Of a stretch of DNA of 64,000 bases, positions 45,549 to 54,832 are shown piece by piece. The position numbers and the translations under genes were made by a program. Source of the stretch: a virus (Duplodnaviria > Caudoviricetes); the IMG/VR virus record IMGVR_UViG_3300005615_000001, positions 7,508 through 71,507 of that record. One strand, 5' to 3'. The notes below the pieces were generated by a model. The model was not told where the DNA came from. It did not search any database and saw only the letters and a program-made list of their open reading frames with translations. Each line of letters starts with the position of its first letter. Within the stretch, counting starts at the first letter, position 1.

Positions 45549-45577
45549 AATGCTCGCGTGAAAAGGAGAAGACGAGA

Positions 45578-45757
45578 ATGAGCGATTCACAGAACACGAA
45601 CAGCGACGTCAATAGCCAGCAAGACCCCGCCGAGAGACCCGAGCGGCCCGAGATCGACCGCAGCCATCAGGAGCGCTTCGAGCCACCGAAATCGGAGCGC
45701 GAAGGTACGACTGGCGAAGACGGCGGCGAGAAGAGCAAACGCACGGGCGATTCGTAG
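45578..45757 (+). CDS. small hydrophilic protein (59 aa)
   Basis: AAGGAG SD; below ORF-track cutoff. Confidence 0.45.
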   Translation: MSDSQNTNSDVNSQQDPAERPERPEIDRSHQERFEPPKSEREGTTGEDGGEKSKRTGDS

Positions 45758-45868
45758 GTTACTGGCGAAGTATAGACAAGTGGGCGCGCGGCCGACACTC
45801 GGTCGCGCGCTTTTGTTTTGGTGCTCATTTCCCTTTGAGCGCAAACCTTGCTAACCTCCGATGTCGGA

Positions 45869-46369
45869 ATGAGCGAGCGTTGGGCAGGCGAAGAGCAAGA
45901 CCGGTTCGAAGCGATGAAGCACCTTCGAATTTCGGGGCGCAGGCGCATCTCGCTAATGGTTCCTGAGTTGAAGCGCCTCGGTCTGCTCGAATGTCGGAAG
46001 TGTGGCGATCCGGCAAACCAGCGAAAGAACTCGCTCGGCGAAACGATCTGCAAGACGTGCGAGGACACGGCATCAATCTTCTGGTCGCGCAACATCGAGC
46101 GGCTACGCGTCGACGAGGTGAAGATCCTCGAGCTGACGTGGGAGTGGGTGGCCACGAAGCAGGCGATTCAAGAGCGCTGTCTCGCGCGTGGTGAGCCAGC
46201 AGATCTGAGACTCGCTAGCAGCATCGCCGATCAACTCGCACTCTTCGGTGGCGTCGATATCGAAATCGCGCCCGATCCCGACGGCGACGATGCGGAAGTG
46301 CAGAATGTACCCCGTGGACTCGCAATCAGACGCGCTCCCGCGCGGCGTCACGCCGATCCCGTCAACTGA
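45869..46369 (+). CDS. putative terminase small subunit (CxxC...CxxC)
   Basis: Directly upstream of and overlapping TerL. Confidence 0.45.
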   Translation: MSERWAGEEQDRFEAMKHLRISGRRRISLMVPELKRLGLLECRKCGDPANQRKNSLGETICKTCEDTASIFWSRNIERLRVDEVKILELTWEWVATKQAIQERCLARGEPADLRLASSIADQLALFGGVDIEIAPDPDGDDAEVQNVPRGLAIRRAPARRHADPVN

Positions 46370-48140
46370 AGGCTTCTACGAGCTGGAACTCCTGCCATCG
46401 CAGGACGATGAGCTCTTCGGGTGTGACCCGTACTATCTAACGATCGTCATCGGCGGTCCCGGCTCGGGCAAGACGACAGTCAACGCCCTGCACGTCATCC
46501 GCTGGGGCGACATCTGCACCGAGCTTCCCTACGCGCTTTTTGCGAACACCTGGGACCAGATGACGAACGCCATCCTGGCGGAGCTGTACACAACCTTCGC
46601 GGAGATGGGTTGGATCGAAGGCCGCGACTACGTCATGGGGAAGAAGGTGCCGAAGAAATGGCGCCGTGAGTGGCGACGGAAAAACATCCGCGTGCCGGTT
46701 GAGCGTGCGAGCGGCGTGAAGATGCTTGTTCTGCGACGAACTGGTGTGCACATTTACCTGGGCACGTACGCCAATCGTTCGTGGACGCGTATCAAGGGCC
46801 AGTCGATCATGGCGCTCATCGGCGAGGAGATCACCGAGCCGGACGTGAACGTGAAGGACTTCCTCACGTACGCCATCACGCGCGTGCGTTGCGGCCACGG
46901 CGCGAACTGCGCGGCTCGAGGTCACTTCCACCGCATCATCCTCAAAGGCAACGTGCCGCTCCACAACCCGAATCACGAGATCTACACGCTCGTCGAGGAC
47001 CTGAAGGCGAAGGAGTCGAAGCGCGAATCAGCGGGGCAAGCGCCGTTCTTCCGGCTGCTCGAAGTTGACACGCGCGAAAACATCCACCTCGGATCGCAGT
47101 ACGTGCCCGCGCTCGAAGCGGCGATGGACAGCGATACCTTCGAGGAACAGGTCAGCGGCAAGTTGCAGCGGCGTCGGCAGGGGCTCATCTATTACGCCTT
47201 TTCAGAGCAGAACATTCTCCCGGTTGCGTACGATCGTCGGCGACCGCTCCACTTGTGGTTTGACTGGAACAACGTGCCTGCGACGGCGGGATGGGGTCAT
47301 GATCTCCGCTACGACGAAGTGCCGCGAGCATTCCTGAGCTCGCACGCTGGCACGTGGTACTTCGGGGTCAACGGCGAGTTGCACTCCGGCGCCTATCCGA
47401 TGCAGACGCACCAAGTCGCGGAAGCGCTGCTCGAAGATCCGACACGGAACGCCGACTACCAGCAAGCGCGCTGCGCGGACTGCTCACATCCGATGAGCAA
47501 GCATGGCGAGATGCCGCCGCGGGGTTGGTACTGCCGCGCGTGCGCCTTCGAACGACCGTCGCGCGAGGACAAAAAGGCCGGCGTCTTTTGCGCCGGAGCG
47601 ACTTTGACTTACAGCCAGGAGCGCAGTTACCTCCACGCCGCAGATGGCTGGCGCGGGCTGCGCGAGCACATCGGCATGATCTACGTCTACGGCGACGCCA
47701 CGGGCAAGCAGTCGCACGCCGACGCGATTCAAACCGGAGGGTGCATCAAGATCATCCGCGACTACTTCGATGAAGCGTTGGGTGATCGCGTGGTCTACCG
47801 ATTCCGAGCAGGCAACCCGCCGATCAACATTCGGTGTCTCGCCGTGAATCGCTCGCTCGAAGCGCGGAACGGTGTTCGCTCACTCTACTTCGCGCCCCAC
47901 TGCACGGCGCACATCGACGACTGCCGACAGGTCATCCCCGACAAGGACGGCAAGCCGCTAAAAAAAGATCGACCGAGCAAGCCATCGTCAGATACCTACT
48001 GGCAGCGCACGCACTCCATGGACGGGTGCGGGTACATGGTGGACTGGCGTGCGCCGTTCGATCGGCCGAAGAGCGGTCTGCCGTTCCACGCCGACAGCGG
48101 GGACTTTTCGCAGATGGGAACGGTGCTGCCAAGTCCGTGA
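46305..48140 (+). CDS. terL: terminase large subunit
   Basis: Walker A GGPGSGKT; Walker B-like IGEE; nuclease YVYGDATG ... HSMDGCGY. Confidence 0.9.
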   Translation: MYPVDSQSDALPRGVTPIPSTEGFYELELLPSQDDELFGCDPYYLTIVIGGPGSGKTTVNALHVIRWGDICTELPYALFANTWDQMTNAILAELYTTFAEMGWIEGRDYVMGKKVPKKWRREWRRKNIRVPVERASGVKMLVLRRTGVHIYLGTYANRSWTRIKGQSIMALIGEEITEPDVNVKDFLTYAITRVRCGHGANCAARGHFHRIILKGNVPLHNPNHEIYTLVEDLKAKESKRESAGQAPFFRLLEVDTRENIHLGSQYVPALEAAMDSDTFEEQVSGKLQRRRQGLIYYAFSEQNILPVAYDRRRPLHLWFDWNNVPATAGWGHDLRYDEVPRAFLSSHAGTWYFGVNGELHSGAYPMQTHQVAEALLEDPTRNADYQQARCADCSHPMSKHGEMPPRGWYCRACAFERPSREDKKAGVFCAGATLTYSQERSYLHAADGWRGLREHIGMIYVYGDATGKQSHADAIQTGGCIKIIRDYFDEALGDRVVYRFRAGNPPINIRCLAVNRSLEARNGVRSLYFAPHCTAHIDDCRQVIPDKDGKPLKKDRPSKPSSDTYWQRTHSMDGCGYMVDWRAPFDRPKSGLPFHADSGDFSQMGTVLPSP

Positions 48141-48175
48141 CACACTGTGTGTATGCCCGTGATATGATTAGCAGT

Positions 48176-48541
48176 ATGAATCACGACTGCAACGGCGATT
48201 TCTACACTTTCGCATGCGCGCGCTTCTATCGTTGTTTGTTGGATTCGACCGTCATAAGCGAGGTCGATGATCTTAGCGACGGCGACGACTGTCCGAACTG
48301 CCAGAGAACAATTCACGGTGTAGATCGCGGTTCGGTAACACGCAGTCGAACGATCGTGACGTTGGAGGTAGAGTACGGAGGCGAATACTACACGCATTCG
48401 GAGAGCGTGCTGGAGCAAGACGGACGTCGGCCGCTGGAGGAAATAATCGCGTCATCCTGTGGCGTGAGCATTCAGGCTGCGCGCGGGCTCACAAAGAATG
48501 CCGAATTCATGGCGCTCCTGTCCGAAAGCGCGCTGAGGTAA
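48176..48541 (+). CDS. hypothetical protein
   Basis: TG-A-TATGAT 7 nt before ATG. Confidence 0.55.
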   Translation: MNHDCNGDFYTFACARFYRCLLDSTVISEVDDLSDGDDCPNCQRTIHGVDRGSVTRSRTIVTLEVEYGGEYYTHSESVLEQDGRRPLEEIIASSCGVSIQAARGLTKNAEFMALLSESALR

Positions 48542-48550
48542 TCTACGCAC

Positions 48551-49009
48551 ATGGCAGAACAGAAAGTTGGTCGCGTCACGATCGAAACGGAGTTAACGCC
48601 GGAAGCGTTTCAAGCGCTCGTCAGGGACGGATTGCGCGAATTGGAGAGCGGCTCTCATCCGCTTCGCGTAGGTCGCGTCACGTTCGGGCCGGACGGGTCG
48701 GACTTGGACCCAGCTACGTTCCGAAGGACGATAGACGGGCAACCGGTTCAGGCGTACTACTCGCCCACGATCCCAGGCCCAACATCGCCGCGAATCGCCG
48801 CAGAGTTTGAACCGAGCGGCGTTGATCCGACCGAAGATGTCTGCGCAGGATGTGCGCCGGATGACGACGCGATGCATACGAAGGTGCTCGTTGCGCCAGT
48901 GAATCTCGCTGGCATCGTCAACCTCGCCATACGCGTCGGTCGCGGCACTGCAACCATCAAGGAACTTTCGGAAGCTCTCGCGCCGTTCGGCGTTCGGAGG
49001 AAGGCATGA
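48551..49009 (+). CDS. hypothetical protein
   Basis: 152 aa. Confidence 0.55.
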   Translation: MAEQKVGRVTIETELTPEAFQALVRDGLRELESGSHPLRVGRVTFGPDGSDLDPATFRRTIDGQPVQAYYSPTIPGPTSPRIAAEFEPSGVDPTEDVCAGCAPDDDAMHTKVLVAPVNLAGIVNLAIRVGRGTATIKELSEALAPFGVRRKA

Positions 49010-49194
49010 CCCAACCTGATCGCGACATATCTCGCCTCTCAAGTTCCGCTGAGGACTTGTTCAGGTTCACGCTGTTGGCTGCGCAACGTGGCGCGGACTT
49101 CGACCTATCGGATCTCGCGGCAATGCTCGAAACCGTGAAGTCCAAAACGCGCGAGACGTGGAGTGCGCGCGTAGACATGTGGAGGAAGGCATGA
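49006..49194 (+). CDS. hypothetical protein
   Basis: GGAGGAAGG SD; coupled. Confidence 0.5.
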   Translation: MTQPDRDISRLSSSAEDLFRFTLLAAQRGADFDLSDLAAMLETVKSKTRETWSARVDMWRKA

Positions 49195-49367
49195 AGTCAC
49201 TTCGGAACGAACGTCTCGTATCAAAGGACCGAAAGGCGCAGAACACGCCGCAGCCGCAGCGCTACCGGAATCGCAAGTACGCGCGCAAGCTGGATGCGGC
49301 CTGCGCGGCAATTGCGCGCGGTCAGCTTGCGCCAGTGCGCACGACGAATCGCCGGAGGATCGCATGA
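49191..49367 (+). CDS. small basic protein
   Basis: GGAGGAAGG SD; coupled. Confidence 0.45.
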   Translation: MKSLRNERLVSKDRKAQNTPQPQRYRNRKYARKLDAACAAIARGQLAPVRTTNRRRIA

Positions 49368-49876
49368 TCGTGATCAGTGGCTTGCTCACCGGCACCGGAA
49401 TCTCCATCGCGCTCGTATCCCTCGCGTTCTTGTTGTTCTCTAAGACGCCGCGCGTCATGAGGTGCGCCTCCGTAACGAGCATCGGCGTGATGCTGGCCGC
49501 GATCGGTTACGGGATCGCGCCGCAGGCCTACGCCGCAACGCCAACGAACGCCAACGTCATCAACGAAAAAGGCGTCGGCGGACTCGGGCAAGTACTGACG
49601 AACCTGACGATCTCGACGCAGCTCACGGTTCCTACGGGAGCGCGCCATGCGTGGGTCAGCGTGTGGGACAACCCCGTGTGCTGGACGATGGACAACGGCA
49701 CCACGGCGGCGACCGCGAACAGCGGCGGCAAGTGGCCGGTAGGCTTCGTCGCCAAGCTCGACAACGCGGAACTTGGCGGGTACTCCGAGTTGAAGAGCTA
49801 CCGATTCATCAATTGCGATGAAGGCCCGACCGAATTACGCGTGGCTTACACGCGGGCGTGGAGAGCGGGAGACTAG
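49364..49876 (+). CDS. membrane/exported protein, possibly virion-associated
   Basis: Two hydrophobic segments then AYA cleavage-like site; GGAGG SD. Confidence 0.55.
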   Translation: MIVISGLLTGTGISIALVSLAFLLFSKTPRVMRCASVTSIGVMLAAIGYGIAPQAYAATPTNANVINEKGVGGLGQVLTNLTISTQLTVPTGARHAWVSVWDNPVCWTMDNGTTAATANSGGKWPVGFVAKLDNAELGGYSELKSYRFINCDEGPTELRVAYTRAWRAGD

Positions 49877-50078
49877 GTTACAACCAGATACCAAAGCCGC
49901 GCGAGATAGGCTCCGCGTAGATCCTTTCAGGAGGATGACGGCAACCAATGATTGGACGAACACGGTGCAGGGGGCGCGCTCGCATCAGATGCCACGCCGG
50001 TGTGTGGCGAGAAGCGCGCACGAAGCATGGTTCCTGACGCGGCACCGAGCGAGACGTTGGTGCTTTCGCTCTGATTAT

Positions 50079-50154
50079 AGGCACGTAGCCCAATCGGTAG
50101 AGCGCTCGCCTTTGGAGCGAGAGGTTGGCGGTTCGAGCCCGCCCGTGCCTGCCA
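50079..50154 (+). tRNA. tRNA-Gln(UUG)
   Basis: 76 nt; acceptor AGGCACG/CGTGCCT; anticodon loop CTTTGGA; GTTCGA T-loop; encoded CCA. Confidence 0.9.
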
Positions 50155-50171
50155 GTGCTATTCTCAGCGGC

Positions 50172-52184
50172 ATGCGCCGCACCTACTGCCCGACGTTCTA
50201 CGGCTTCGTCTTTCGCTTTCGCATCCTCGCTGCCGGATTCGCGCTCGCGCTGCTGTCCGTGTTTCTCGCGTGTCCAGCGATGCCGCAGACGCGCTTTACC
50301 GTCGTAGGCGGAGGCAGCGGAGGCGGGTCTGGCACGGTCACCAGCGTAGCCGCCACGGTGCCGTCATTCATGGCCGTCAGCGGCTCGCCAGTCACCACCA
50401 TCGGCACGCTCGCATTCACGTTCAACACCCAGGCTCAAGGGCTCATCTTCGCTGCGCCGTGCAGCGGGAGCGGCGCGGTTACGTGGCGAGCGCTATGTGC
50501 GGCCGACATCCCGACGCTCGCACCGTCAAAGATCACCGGCACCGCCGTGGTGGACTCCGACATTCGGTTGACGAACGCCCGCACGCCGACCGCGCACGCG
50601 TCGACGCACGGGAGCGCAGGATCAGATCCTGTGACGATTACGCCCGCACAGGTTTCGGGGACGGCAGTCATCACAACGGACTCGCGGCTTAGCGATTCGC
50701 GAACTCCAACGGCTCACGCCAGCACTCACGCGGCGGCAGGTTCGGACCCCGTCACCATCACGGAATCACAGGTGACCAATCTCGTGTCAGACCTTGCCGG
50801 TAAGCAGGCTACAGGTGACTACCTGACGGCGCTGAGCGGCGATGTCGTCGCCGCTGGACCGGGAAGCGTGGCGGCGACGATCCAACCGAACTCCGTTGCA
50901 CTCGGCACGGATACGACCGGCGGATACGCGGGGAGCTCGAGCGAGGGCGGGGCGGCGACAACGGCCGATGCACTCTCCGCCAACCCGTCCGACTGCGCTG
51001 CGGGTCAATTCGCTAACGCCATCGCGGCAAGCGGGAACCTCACGTGCGCTGGCGTCACCAGCGGCGACGTGTCTGGACTCGCGGCATCCGCAACGACCGA
51101 CACGACGAACGCGAACAACATCGGCAGCGGCACGCTCAACGCCGCCCGCTTGCCAGCGTTCAGCGGCGACATCACTACTTCGGCCGGTTCGGCGGTGACG
51201 GATCTCTCCGACATCAACGCCAACGTCGGCAGTTTCGGAAACTCGACGACGATCCCGGTGATCACAGTCGATGCAGAAGGACGCCTGAGCGCGGTATCGA
51301 CGGCAACGGTAACCGCAGGTGACACGCTTCCCGTCACCGACACGACGGCCATCGCAAAGGGATCGGGCGACACATCGAAGCAGGTCCGGTTCGAAGTTGA
51401 CGGCATGACGGCCAGCAACACTGGCGTCATCTCCACCTTCGGAACGTCGTCTGCGACCACCGTCTCCACAACCGGCGTACATGTCGCAACTGGCTTCGTC
51501 ATAGGTACAGGCGCCGGCGCGACATCTAGCGATCACTTGCTGCGGTACGTCACCGGCAACGCAACGTGGGGCAACGTCTTTCAGTTCGTTTCGGGCGACG
51601 CAAGCGGGTACGAAAACATCGTGGCCGGAAACCTGTACGCGAACTCGGGCGTCAATATCGTGTCGAGATCTGCGGCGACTGGCGTCACCATCACGGCTGA
51701 TGCTGACGGCACAGGAGTCGGTGGCGTGCTGGTACTCAACGGCGATGGATCAGCACCCGGACCGATGAACGGTGGATCAACGCGCATCCGCGGATTGAAC
51801 GGCTCACGCGATGTTGAGAGTCTGACGTCCGAACTTCTCACGCTCTCGACGGGCGGAACTACGACAGCAACGAGCGCCAACCTCGCCGTTGCAAACTCCA
51901 GGATCAAGGCGATCGGCTATCGAATCGCAACGACGATTGCCACGGCGACAGACTTCACGGTCAAGGTCACGGGCGGGAACGACTTCTGCTCCATCGGCAC
52001 TGCCACCACGGCGCAATCCACGCTGACCGCTGGCACGACGGGTGTGCTGGTGCCGTGCGCTGCCGATGACCCGTTCTACCGCTCCACGGCGACCACGGTC
52101 ACGATCACGACAACTGGCACGCCAACCGGGGGCGTGATGCGCATCGTGTTGTTCTACGAGCAGTTCGTGCCGCCAACCAGCTAG
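50172..52184 (+). CDS. fibre-like Thr/Gly/Ser/Ala-rich protein with N-terminal signal peptide
   Basis: Repeats RL.(D/N)(A/S)RTPTAHASTH...GSDPVTI and SVALGTDTTGGY typical of phage fibres; TATTCT 7 nt before ATG. Confidence 0.7.
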   Translation: MRRTYCPTFYGFVFRFRILAAGFALALLSVFLACPAMPQTRFTVVGGGSGGGSGTVTSVAATVPSFMAVSGSPVTTIGTLAFTFNTQAQGLIFAAPCSGSGAVTWRALCAADIPTLAPSKITGTAVVDSDIRLTNARTPTAHASTHGSAGSDPVTITPAQVSGTAVITTDSRLSDSRTPTAHASTHAAAGSDPVTITESQVTNLVSDLAGKQATGDYLTALSGDVVAAGPGSVAATIQPNSVALGTDTTGGYAGSSSEGGAATTADALSANPSDCAAGQFANAIAASGNLTCAGVTSGDVSGLAASATTDTTNANNIGSGTLNAARLPAFSGDITTSAGSAVTDLSDINANVGSFGNSTTIPVITVDAEGRLSAVSTATVTAGDTLPVTDTTAIAKGSGDTSKQVRFEVDGMTASNTGVISTFGTSSATTVSTTGVHVATGFVIGTGAGATSSDHLLRYVTGNATWGNVFQFVSGDASGYENIVAGNLYANSGVNIVSRSAATGVTITADADGTGVGGVLVLNGDGSAPGPMNGGSTRIRGLNGSRDVESLTSELLTLSTGGTTTATSANLAVANSRIKAIGYRIATTIATATDFTVKVTGGNDFCSIGTATTAQSTLTAGTTGVLVPCAADDPFYRSTATTVTITTTGTPTGGVMRIVLFYEQFVPPTS

Positions 52185-52211
52185 GTATGGAAGGGTGTTA
52201 GTATCGCGGGC

Positions 52212-52577
52212 ATGAAGACTCTTATCCTCTTCACGGTTCTCTGCCTCTCGCTGAACGCTCTCGCCGATGGCACGGTTACGACACCCGCCAACGTCGCACC
52301 TGCATCATGGAAGATCGCTGCGATCAACATGACCACGGGCGCGACCGGCGACATTCCAAGCGTTACCATCGTGATCTATTGGTTTGACAGCACAGCGCGC
52401 ATCCTGCATAGCGAGACCCAGGCGATCATTCTCACATCTTCGGAGATCACCTCGTTCCTTGCGACCGTCGAATCACCAGTCGTCGGTGAGAGCGGTAGCG
52501 TAGTGAAGAAGTATCGCCAACGCGTGACGGCTTGGCTCGTGGCGAATGGCAAGATCAGCAACGTCACGCCGGAGTAG
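52212..52577 (+). CDS. secreted protein (possible fibre partner/chaperone)
   Basis: MKTLILFTVLCLSLNALA-D signal. Confidence 0.65.
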   Translation: MKTLILFTVLCLSLNALADGTVTTPANVAPASWKIAAINMTTGATGDIPSVTIVIYWFDSTARILHSETQAIILTSSEITSFLATVESPVVGESGSVVKKYRQRVTAWLVANGKISNVTPE

Positions 52578-52579
52578 CT

Positions 52580-52681
52580 TCACGGCGTGAACGGCAGCGA
52601 AGGATGACAGAAGGCCACCCACGCGCACATCACCGCCACGGTCAAAAGAAACGTCAGGATGAAGCGGGCGGCGAACTTCAT
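52580..52681 (-). CDS. 33-aa hydrophobic peptide
   Basis: MKFAARFILTFLLTVAVMCAWVAFCHPSLPFTP. Confidence 0.4.
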   Translation of the reverse strand: MKFAARFILTFLLTVAVMCAWVAFCHPSLPFTP

Positions 52682-52726
52682 GACGGCTCAGGCGCGGTGT
52701 CGTACTCGGAACGGTACATTTAAGTC

Positions 52727-52816
52727 CTACCTTGATTGAATTCGCTCAACCCATGCCTTGCAGAAGGCGGCGAAAGCTACGATGACTGCAAGACCAATGG
52801 CGGCGATGATGATCAT
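52727..52816 (-). CDS. 29-aa hydrophobic peptide
   Basis: MIIIAAIGLAVIVAFAAFCKAWVERIQSR. Confidence 0.4.
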   Translation of the reverse strand: MIIIAAIGLAVIVAFAAFCKAWVERIQSR

Positions 52817-52842
52817 GATTTTGTGACACCAGACAGCGGCAA

Positions 52843-53175
52843 TCACTTCGACACCTCGACATCGCGAAACCCGAACTGATCATGCGCGCTATCAGCGCCA
52901 GCGGGAACCTCTCGGCAGTCGTACGAACCGCGAACCTTACCGGAGATTAGCTCAAGCCGCCCTTCGCTCGGGATCACGTACGACCTCCGGCAGAACCGCA
53001 CACGCGTTCCCGGCTCTCCGATGAACCGGTAGCCTACATCGCGAATGCCACATGTCACGCGAGAGGGGTTCCGCGCGGCTTCCCATCGCCATCGGTTCCT
53101 TCGGTGTGCGGCGATGAAGGCGCCAAGATTGATCTCGACTTGGATGGCGGCGGTGAGCACGAGAGCCGAGATCAC
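52843..53175 (-). CDS. exported hypothetical protein
   Basis: CGIRDVGYRFIGEPG...YVIPSEGRLELI...DQFGFRDV; GTGA coupling. Confidence 0.6.
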   Translation of the reverse strand: MISALVLTAAIQVEINLGAFIAAHRRNRWRWEAARNPSRVTCGIRDVGYRFIGEPGTRVRFCRRSYVIPSEGRLELISGKVRGSYDCREVPAGADSAHDQFGFRDVEVSK

Positions 53176-53369
53176 TTGGGTATCTCCGTCAAGAGGGCTC
53201 GTGTCGCGGCCCGCTCGCGAGCATATTCTTCGACAGCCCATCGCGTGGTTTCACTGAACAAAGCCTCACGGATACTATCGACCATTGCCATCGGTCCCTG
53301 CCCCCATCGCGCCGACATCCCGTTAAGAATCGCGTGATCAACCGTAGCGCGCGCGTCAGTCTTGTCCAT
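53172..53369 (-). CDS. hypothetical protein
   Basis: TTGACG-17-TACATT promoter; ATG 6 nt downstream. Confidence 0.6.
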   Translation of the reverse strand: MDKTDARATVDHAILNGMSARWGQGPMAMVDSIREALFSETTRWAVEEYARERAATRALLTEIPK

Positions 53370-53375
53370 GCACCG

Positions 53376-53422
53376 AATGTAGTGCCGAAACTTGCGCACG
53401 TCAAGTTCCGTGCTACACTGTG
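53376..53422. promoter_or_regulatory. divergent promoter pair including reverse CACAGTGTAGCAC copy 4 (53410-53422)
   Basis: Minus strand TTGACG-17-TACATT; plus strand TTGCGC-16-TACACT. Confidence 0.7.
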
Positions 53423-53425
53423 TTC

Positions 53426-53578
53426 ATGGAACGGGATGACGCGCGCGCCGGCTGGTGGTGTAAGACATGTGCAGAGGCATTCACAAGATCCGAAGTTAAG
53501 GCCGGGATGCCGGATGACGCACCACCGAGCGCGGACCCGACGTGTCCGATGTGTTGCGGAGAGTTGGAGCGCGCATGA
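53426..53578 (+). CDS. 50-aa Zn ribbon (CxxC...CPMC)
   Basis: Leaderless start; ATGA coupling to next gene. Confidence 0.55.
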   Translation: MERDDARAGWWCKTCAEAFTRSEVKAGMPDDAPPSADPTCPMCCGELERA

Positions 53579-53895
53579 CCGACTCGCCGCAGAAAGTGCG
53601 ACCGCTTACGCCTCCGGAGATTCGGGAGCTTTTGCGAATCGCCGATGCAGCCGACGCCAATGCACGGCACTACAGCAAGCCGTTACGGCAGTTGATGAGC
53701 AAGTCAGCACCACAAGAGCCCGACCTTCACAACCTTCCGTCCGTTACCGGGAATATCGCGCTGCTACGTTCCGTGCTGGACTGCTCCGCGCTTCGTGCCA
53801 CCCTTGAGCGCTACGCCGAACTCGCTGAGGCGTTCGGAGAGTACGCCGTTACAGCTGAAGACGATTCGGATATCGACGATCAGGTGGAGCAGTGA
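53575..53895 (+). CDS. hypothetical protein
   Basis: Coupled ORF. Confidence 0.5.
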   Translation: MTDSPQKVRPLTPPEIRELLRIADAADANARHYSKPLRQLMSKSAPQEPDLHNLPSVTGNIALLRSVLDCSALRATLERYAELAEAFGEYAVTAEDDSDIDDQVEQ

Positions 53896-54095
53896 TGGCG
53901 GAGCCTCGCTGCGCGTTCGTGTGCGTCCGGACGAAGTCAGGCGAGGAGTACCTGTGCGAAGCGGAAGAGGGCAGCGGCATGCACGAGCCGCACGGCGCGA
54001 GTCCTGAGGAGCCGGGCGATCGGTTCTGCTTCACGATGGCGTGTCATCCGTTCGTGCAACCGCCAGCAGCGCAAGCTGAGGGAGGCGTGCAGTGA
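53892..54095 (+). CDS. hypothetical protein
   Basis: Coupled ORF. Confidence 0.45.
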   Translation: MMAEPRCAFVCVRTKSGEEYLCEAEEGSGMHEPHGASPEEPGDRFCFTMACHPFVQPPAAQAEGGVQ

Positions 54096-54832
54096 ACGAA
54101 CCTCGCGGCACCGTCACCGAAAAGGCCGCACGCCTTAAGCGCAGCCACGGTAAGCACGACTTGACCGGCCGCGTGTTCACCCGATGGACCGTGATTGAGT
54201 TATCCACGAGGCGTGATCCTGATCATCGTATTTTCTGGCGGTGCCGTTGCGAATGCGGCGTTGAACGGGATGTCGACGGCAGCCAATTGCGCTGCGGCAG
54301 AAGCCTGAGCTGCGGATGCTTGGCCACTGAGCGCCGTGTTGCCGCCGTGACTGTACACGGTTGCGCTCGTGCCGGCGCGCAGCATCGAGCGTACGGCTCG
54401 TGGCAGGGTATGAAACAGCGATGCCTCAACACATCGAACACGGCGTACCAACACTACGGCGGGCGCTGGATTTCAATAGATCCGCGCTGGATTGACAGCT
54501 TCGAAACATTTCTTGCCGACATGGGTCCATGTCCGGCCGGTTTCACGATTGAACGGAACGACGTCAACGGAAACTACGAGCCGTCAAATTGCCGATGGGC
54601 AACGCAGAAGGAACAGACTCAAAATACGCGCGCTACTAGGCGAATGACTCTTGGTGACGAGACGCTGAACCTCAGCCAGTGGGCCGCCAAGTTGGGCGTT
54701 AGTATCGGCACACTACGCAAGCGCCGCGCGCTAGGATGGAGTGACACCGAAACTCTAACGCGCCCAATAGATCGCCGGTTCAGTAGTACCAAGCAACACA
54801 CGGACACGCAACGCGGAGGCGATAGTCGATGA
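54092..54832 (+). CDS. free-standing HNH (His-Me finger) homing endonuclease
   Basis: DLTGRVFTRWTV; WRCRCECG; SCGC; YGGR.I; TIER.DVNGNYEPSNCRWAT..EQ..N; C-terminal HTH. Confidence 0.9.
   Translation: MNEPRGTVTEKAARLKRSHGKHDLTGRVFTRWTVIELSTRRDPDHRIFWRCRCECGVERDVDGSQLRCGRSLSCGCLATERRVAAVTVHGCARAGAQHRAYGSWQGMKQRCLNTSNTAYQHYGGRWISIDPRWIDSFETFLADMGPCPAGFTIERNDVNGNYEPSNCRWATQKEQTQNTRATRRMTLGDETLNLSQWAAKLGVSIGTLRKRRALGWSDTETLTRPIDRRFSSTKQHTDTQRGGDSR

Noticed and set aside
49818-50171. Long N-terminal extension of the 788-aa ORF
   Set aside because: It runs through tRNA-Gln; ATG 50172 has a -10 box 7 nt upstream and a signal-like start.
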